A model generated the notes under the pieces. That model did not search any database. It saw only the letters and a program-made list of their open reading frames with translations, and had not been told where the DNA came from. A stretch of 64,000 bases of DNA, taken from positions 50,384,788 through 50,448,787 of the forward strand of contig CM120640.1 in NCBI GenBank assembly GCA_051362555.1, in the 5' to 3' direction. Shown here in pieces: positions 56,415-64,000 of the stretch (within the stretch, counting starts at the first letter, position 1; each line of letters opens with the position of its first letter). This DNA is from Lingula anatina (taxonomy: Eukaryota; Animalia; Brachiopoda). Made by a program: the position numbers and the translations under genes.

Positions 56415-57606
56415 GTCCTTGGTACTGGACTTTAATTTTCATTTATTTTGTCTTTAATGAAGTGTATATTGTTGTCTAGTGTTATTTGTCTTTGTTTCTG
56501 TGTTGGTGGATGCATGAAGCAGTTGTTTACAGACACCTCCCCTCATTCCTGTCCTCAGCTATCTTCACCTTTTGATTCCTGGATGATAAAAATACCTTCT
56601 ACTGGATTGCAGAATGTACACTGAACTCACCCAAGCTTGAATTTTGTTTTATCCAAGTAGCTGCAAAAAAGTAGCCAAATCAAAGCTTTAAACCAAAACA
56701 ATGAAAGATTGGGAATTTAGAATGCTTTTCTTTTTCTATAACCAATATATCTGTTCCCAAGTTATGTTTTTAAGTTTGAGTTTATGAATACCTGTAGGTA
56801 ATGTTGAAAGGTGGGGTCAGGTTGTTGTTCTCCGGGTACTGTGCATTCCTTTGCAATGACGGATGACAGTCACAGATAGTGCCTGGGGGGTCAGAGAGAA
56901 GTTTGCCAAGTATACATGGTCTCATCTATTTCACATGTTTGGGATTTTTTGGGCCTAGTTTGTTGGTTTTTGACAGCATATATCTTATTCAATAGATTTT
57001 CATTGGTGACAGTCTTAGGTCTGTGCTCTAAGTGAAAATATTTGATGCTTGGGATAGAAAACTTGAAAATAAAGTACTCACAGTGTCCTTTGCTTAAGTT
57101 GTTCGGCTCGTGGATCAATTGAGATATTGAAGGTGTTTTATTTCTTTGTGAACATTAACAGTGGGAACATTGTAAAATACTTTAAGAATGTATAGCCTTT
57201 ATACTATGAAATGGTACAGGGGGATTTAAATTCCAAAGATGCAGGTATAAATATTTTGGGAATTAAATAAAAATGCTGTTCCTAATTGTGAAAAATGATT
57301 TAAAATTTTTTTGTTTGATTTTTTTCTTTTTTTTTTTTTTTTTCTATAAAGCAGATCAGGAGGGATGGGGATATTTAGTGAAGCACGTAGTTCCAGGTCA
57401 CTGATTCTATTGTGTATGCTTCATTTTTGTAAAACGATCTGGATATGTATACTCAGGAATTCATGATTTACATGATCACCTGCTTAGATGTTGAATATAT
57501 AGCTCCACAATAAGTGCAGATCAAGATGCACTGTAATAATCATTTTTTTTATTATTTCAGATTTCATTATAAGTACTGGTAGTATTCTATACCACTAACT
57601 TTGACC

Positions 57607-60600
57607 ATGTCGGTCAATGAAGAAATCCAAGCCAGCACAGACAGCTTCTGGGAGATAGGGCAGTATAAGAGGACAGTAAAGAGAATTGAGGATGGTCACA
57701 AATTGTGCTCAGACTTAATGGCCTTGATCAAAGAAAGGAGTGAAATTGAGGATGAATACTCCAAAAAACTGAGGCACTGGACCAAAAAGTGGAATAAATT
57801 GTTGGACAGTGGTAAGTGTGCTTTTGGCAGCAGTTTGGTGTAAGTAGCTGAGTTTGTTTGCAAATTGAACTAATGGCCAGGATCAGGTGCTCATTGCCTT
57901 AACTGCAGTAAGTAGACTTGTTTGCCTTGACCACGCATTTAACTCACCTGTGCTGCTGCACGTTTAACATGTAAAAGGCTACAGGCAATGCATCACTAGC
58001 CATCTTGTCTGTATGTTCATATGACAGTGACCAGATTTATAAGTAAAATCTTGTTTGGAGATATGAATAGTACTTGGGGATATACTTTCACCTTTAGCAT
58101 TTTATGTCAGACATAGTGGATGCCTTCTGGACAGGTCACTGTCAGCAACCTACTAGTAGGTCTATTGTTATCTGAAGTTTACAAAATTGCCAGCTATACA
58201 AAGTTCCATTATTTATTGCATAATGAAGGGGGAATAGTATACTTGTCTGTGTGCAAATTAATAGCACAGAGGGAGTAGCATGATATGTCCCTCCTTTTTA
58301 TGGCTTGCTGAATTTGGCAGGTGTTATTACCATTATGGTTGACAGTTGAGATCCTATTTCATACTCCAGCATTTTGTAACAGTATTGATGGACCTGGATA
58401 GTTTTTAACCCAATACCCGAAAACAGCAATATTTTTTTAACTGGACATGTGGAGAAGAAGATATACTTACTAGTGGTGTGTGTCTGCATGGGTTGTTATG
58501 CATGCTCACTTGTTAAAGAGAAAAGGAGAAGTTCCACAGATATGCTTACATACATTTAACATGACAAATAGGCTGTGTTCTTAAATGAGCCTACATAAGG
58601 GTACAGGCATGCAACAAGATAAAGGGCATGCTCTTTGGCCACTAGTGATATATTGTTTCCTATTGTACAAGGAACCTCGATCACTTAATTTTCAATAGTC
58701 ATGTTCAATTGTTGCACAGAAGGAACTTTCTGCCACGATGAAGAAAATATTTTTCTTTTTAAACTCATCGTAGCTATAAACAAATGCATGATCATCTGCA
58801 TTTACACCTTCTTCAAGTCTAGCCTGTACAACATTAATTACAATACAATCATTATCATTCATTTATCTTTTTGAGGAACAATGCGTAAATCTTAATGTAG
58901 TTGGAAGTTAAGAGTGCTGCAATTACATCATGTCCTGAAAGTAGTGTATAACTATTTAGTAAGTTATACATTTTATTGGACAAACATGTATAGGGGCATA
59001 AGTTTATTAAGGGAATGCTGTCCTACAGTGGTAAGTGGACTTGTATTATTAATTAGTTAATGACACTACCTGAAATCAAGCATCATTTTTGCCCACATGG
59101 TAAAATAACAAGCGAAAAAATTATCTGTATTTGGAAGTCACTGAACTTATATTCTGTTTGAGGACATGCATAATTTATAGTATGGTTTATAATCTTTGCT
59201 GCATATTTCAGGTCCAGAGTATGGCACTACACAAGCAGCCTGGCGGAGTGCTCTCACAGAGGCCGACAGAGTGGCAGATTTACACACAAACGTCAGAGAC
59301 AAACTGGTCAATGATGTTAACCCAAAAATCAAAAATTGGCAGAAAGAACATTTCCATAAAACTTTGACAGGGATGAAGGAAGTTAAAGAAATGGAGGAAC
59401 ATTTCAGAAAAGTAAGCATGAGGATTTTAGATAAGAAAGTAAACATGATATCAAAATATTTGCATTTAGGGTTAGGTTGCAAAAGGAAGCAGGCTAAGTG
59501 ACTACCAGTTTCCTGATATTGATTTGTGAGTGTGGTGATGAGGGTACTACAGATTGCAGACTATGAATACAAATGTCCTTTTGTAAAATGTACTGTGAGT
59601 GTTACTGATAAAATTGCTCTCCTTTCATAGATAGATTTTCTTGTTGAAATCAATGGATGTTTATGGTTACAAAATCAGATAAAGTTCAGTTTCTTGTGAG
59701 ACTACTAAAGATAAAATTTTCAGCTTGATATTGATCAGTTACTTGATTGTTGAAACATTTTTGTTTTAGGCTCAAAAACCATGGGCTAAGAGGCTAGATA
59801 AAGTTGTGAAGGCCAAGAAAGATTTCCATACAGCCTGCAGGAATGAAAAGTCCACCAGTATACAGGCTAACAATGCTTTAGCAGACTCTTCCATGTCTGA
59901 AGATCAGGTAATCTTTGGCAGCTCTTATCTCCAAACAAGTGAGCCAAAAACAAAAATAGGATTCATTGTTGAGATGACTTTTGCTTTGTAAAAACATAAA
60001 TGTTAAAAAGACAGATCATATAAAATGTAAAGCTTTTACAACATTTCAAAATGTATATACAGTGTTACGTAAATAAGCATTTAGGGTTTTATGTTTTGAT
60101 TGTAGTGTATACTATTATACTACATCTGTTTTATTTTGTGGGTTTGTTGTTTATAGATTATAACTATATCATGCCAACTTAAATAGAATGGTGGCTTTAG
60201 TGCAGTAGGATGCATCACGGTCTTTTTCATATCAAGAGGGATAAATAATTCCCCCTCCTAAAACTAAGTGTATATGTACTGGTTATGCCTTAAGCCCATG
60301 TTCTGCTATGATCCTTTCAAAGAATAACAGTTATTATAAGACACTCTCATCTTAAAGCACATTGTATTTGTTGCCTTTATATGTCCTTATCATGCTTTGT
60401 CACTTTAGAAGTGTGGAGAACATTAAATATAAGTATTTGATAGGGTATTAGCAGAATACCACTTATAAGTATTTAACATCATTTGCATTTAATCCAATAT
60501 CTTATTTTTGTAAGTAGGGTTTTACTACATGTAGATTGCTCAGACCAAAATTAATTTTTTTTCGAGATTGTCTTTTTTTTTCTTTTGGCCTAAGGAATAG

Positions 60601-63478
60601 CCAACCAAAACAGACCATGTGTTTTTCCCAAATCTCAAAGGTGGTCATGTGAAGATGACACAACAAACACAACAACATGTTCATAGCTGCTGAACAGAAT
60701 CCAGCCATGCTGCAAAGTTTGCCCTAGCTGTAAGGCAGGGCAACAGAAAAATTATCCATCTTTGTCCTCATAGAGATTAACAGTACAATATATTTGGTAC
60801 CATTCCTTTATTATTGTAGCCTGTCAGGTAAAAAGTCCATTCTATTTAGGCCAAGGTCTGTAACTGCCTTCCTTAGGGAGTGTTAACATTCTGGTTAACC
60901 TGGATTAAAGTAATACAATATATTTAGTCTTACTCATGGGGGTTTAACCACATAAGCCAAAACAAAATTAAAAACTGACAACTAGTTATATGTGTCATGC
61001 AATACCTGCATTTGTAGGCTATGATATTGCCATTACTGGCTTAAGCCAGTAGTAAGATGATAATACCAAATATATATTTTGGTAAATTTTAATGCTAATA
61101 TTTGAGGTGAAACAATCTATCCACCATTGTTTGCTCTCCCTCCCTTCAGATGTAGTTAAAGTGTTGTTCACCCTTTCTGGTGATAACTTTTTTATCTGCC
61201 CATACAGCAAAATCAGCATTTGAATAACAGCATTTTAAATATATATTGTTTCTGCAATGTTGATTTTATGTATATAACCAGCTTGATTGCATGATTCTGA
61301 CAAAAGTTCACTTTCTCTTTCTCTTCTTCCCAGAGCAAAGCTAACCAGACGGTATGCACTGTTGTGTGTGGGTCTCTTTTTTAGATTGATGTGTTGTAGT
61401 TTTATTTCATTTTGCTCAGTTACAAAACAAAGTTGCAGCTATTATTTTCATGCATTTTGTATGATGTGCTGAGCTATTACTAGTAATCAATATTTGATTC
61501 TTTAAAGCACTTCACAAACAAAAACTATACGAATGTGTCACACTGTTTATTTTATGTAGACCCCAGCCTTTGTTAGCTTTGTTATGGTGTGTTATTTATT
61601 GCATTTTATAGTGTCAATATATTTGCTAGTTTCAATAATTTATGTGGAAAAGCACTCTGTTCAACAAAAAAGGTTTTTTAAATAGATATCTTGGGGTAAA
61701 GTGATAAATCAAAAAATCACAAACATGTCACGAAATAAACCAAATATTATCTTTAAAAATGATCAAAGGCCATAGGAGAAAGATTTTAAGATAACAATTT
61801 TTTTTCATGTAGAAAAAGAAGATACAGGTGAAAGCAGAACAGTACAGGGAGCAAGTGGAAACAACAACACAAAAATATGAAGCAGCTCTCAATGATATCA
61901 ATTCCTACAATGCAAAATACATAGAAGACATGACAGAGGTATAGATGAATACTTTGATATTGTATGACTTTGAATCAGAAAATTATATTCTAAGTGGGGG
62001 CATGAAATGTTTCGACAAGAAATTAAGCACAAAAAAAGGAGTGGAAGTAATTGAATTTTAATTTTTTTCTTTCAAGTAAAAGTCAAGTTTGAGATTCATT
62101 TGATTTGAAAAAAAAATCATGCAACTTCCTCTTCGGTAATGGTTAATGTATCAAAGGTTCAATATATTTGCCTGCCAGCATTGGAGCGAGGTGAGCTGTA
62201 AGTTAATGATGTCCCAGCTAAAATTGATTACAGTGTCCCTAAAGTGACTGGGCTCCAGGCAAACTTGCAGTTCCATTAATTTTTATGTTCCCTTGGCAAT
62301 GCTGACGAACTTTGATGATTCTTTGTATAATGATTTTAATATTCAGCACCAGAGTGGGAGGAAATTGCCCTTTGGTTGCCATTTTCACATGTAAAAAGTT
62401 TCTTGAAAGTATGTACTATTATATTTCAATCTTTTGTTTAATATTTGTGAGAATATTTTTAAATTGAAACTTTATTAATTTAGTGAATTACAGACTTATG
62501 AATATTTTTTACAGGTGTTTGATAAATGCCAGGAGATGGAGGCAGAAAGGTTAAAGTTCTTCAAGGAAGCCCTTCTTGATACTCACAAATGTCTAGATAT
62601 CTCTGTAGACCCAGAGTGAGTATTTATGAAGTACAGTAGACCCTTTTTATCTGGTAATGTGTGAATTTTGCTTAAAGAATCCTGAAGTATTCAAAGGAGA
62701 GTGTCAGAAAATAGCATTTAGGGATTAATTGGTTTGAAAAAACTAAGTGTTTTTTTGTGGAACAAGTGGGTAATTTGCCGTTTCTCATTTTAAAGTACAG
62801 TACTTTATTAAGAAAAGAATGAAAAGTGCAAATTATATAAACTTATGTATGCTCTTTTGCCAGCAGTTTGTCCTTTTTTTTTACCTTTATTCATTTTTTA
62901 AATTTTGATTTGTTTGTCAGGTTTTCCCAGCTCTATGTGGATTTCAAAAATACGATTGACAGTGCTGATTACAACAAAGATTTAAAATTCTGGTCCAACA
63001 ACCATGGAGTGGATATGGCAATGAACTGGCCAAGCTTTGAAGTAAGCTGTTCTGCTTTGTAGATTTAATAATAGGGTTTAAGTATATTGAATAATCACAG
63101 TGTTAACCTTGGATTTGAAAAGGAACAATTATTTTAGACAGAAGTCATTTTGTGTAATATTAATTAGATGAATTCGAGCTGTGATTGGTACAACAAGTGT
63201 ATCCATGAGTTTCCTAGCAAGTCTTAATTCATTGGTTAGTTACCAAATTATTCTTGTGAGGCTGAAAAAGCACTTGCGTGACTGTGGTATTGTAATCCTG
63301 CACCCACTGCACCCTTTCATAGGAGTACAATCCTGAAATCCACACCATTACCACCAAACAAAAGAAGGGGAGTAACAGCCTGGAAGTTGGAGATGGAGGA
63401 ATTTATCTGCGTAGCATCAGTTTGGATAAATACAATGAGGAGTTCAAGACTGGAGATGACATTGCAGTTGGAAATGAT
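57607..63478 (+). CDS. PACSIN: PACSIN/syndapin, F-BAR exons; SH3 exon not in the window
   Basis: Exons 57607-57811, 59212-59411, 59770-59907, 61813-61938, 62515-62615, 62921-63041, 63323-~63478. Motifs DSFWEIGQYKRTVKRIEDGHKLC, GPEYGT, FRKAQKPWAK, HGVDMAMNWPSFEEY. Confidence 0.94.
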
Positions 63479-64000
63479 GTACATTAAACAAAATATTAAT
63501 CCAACTCATTCAAATCTTTGGTTTTTTAGTAGCATGACAAGGGCAGTTTGACTGGAGACGGGTTAAAACTTGGAAATGGGTGCAGCGATAACAGCGTAGA
63601 GCGTATATAATGATTAACTGATATTTCTGAGTTGGTCAGGGCAACATTACTCAAGAGTGCATATTTATGAAATGTACTTATCTTCCAGAGAGAAGGCATG
63701 CATAATATTGGTGTTTGTTTTTGTCTTTTTTGTTTTATTTCTTTGTTTAACCAGGCTGGACAAAAAAACCCTGTTGATATTAATGCTTTTTTGCATTTAA
63801 GCAGTATAACATACAGACTGCCGAAGTCCGCACTCTTTTTTAATGGAATTGTTGTGTTGCATCTGAAGTTAAGGTTGCATGGGGTTTGCATGTATATGCC
63901 AAATATATTTTCCACATCTTGTTGAGGGAAAAGGTTTCCAATAGAAACATTTTAAATAACAGTTTTACTTACTAAAGAAGTTCTCAAATATCCTTGCACA

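Overview
AT-rich, intron-containing animal genomic DNA, probably a lophotrochozoan such as a mollusc (inferred from the repeat types and the selenoprotein P architecture). Seven spliced genes were assembled by hand: ADAMTS6/10-like (5' part, minus), TRAPPC5 (+), CDC20 (-), GPX7-like (+), selenoprotein P (-), YIPF3 (+) and PACSIN/syndapin (5' part, +). The main result is a selenoprotein P that the ORF track misses. It has the N-terminal QAS-U-xx-C motif and a last exon of about 540 codons with no TAA/TAG but 57-58 in-frame TGA codons, giving 58-59 Sec in total by hand count. Many of these sit in a ~34-aa tandem repeat, and two well-formed SECIS hairpins lie in the 3' UTR. No in-frame AUG was found before its signal peptide, but a CUG in strong Kozak context gives a plausible start. 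Other points are a U12-type intron in TRAPPC5, a CCAAT/CDE-CHR promoter shared by CDC20 and GPX7, a candidate 18-nt PACSIN microexon, a Helentron-like element carrying 146-bp repeats, and a 3.7-kb TIR element with a 7-bp TSD and a spliced mini-gene. All coordinates and counts are manual and should be checked computationally.
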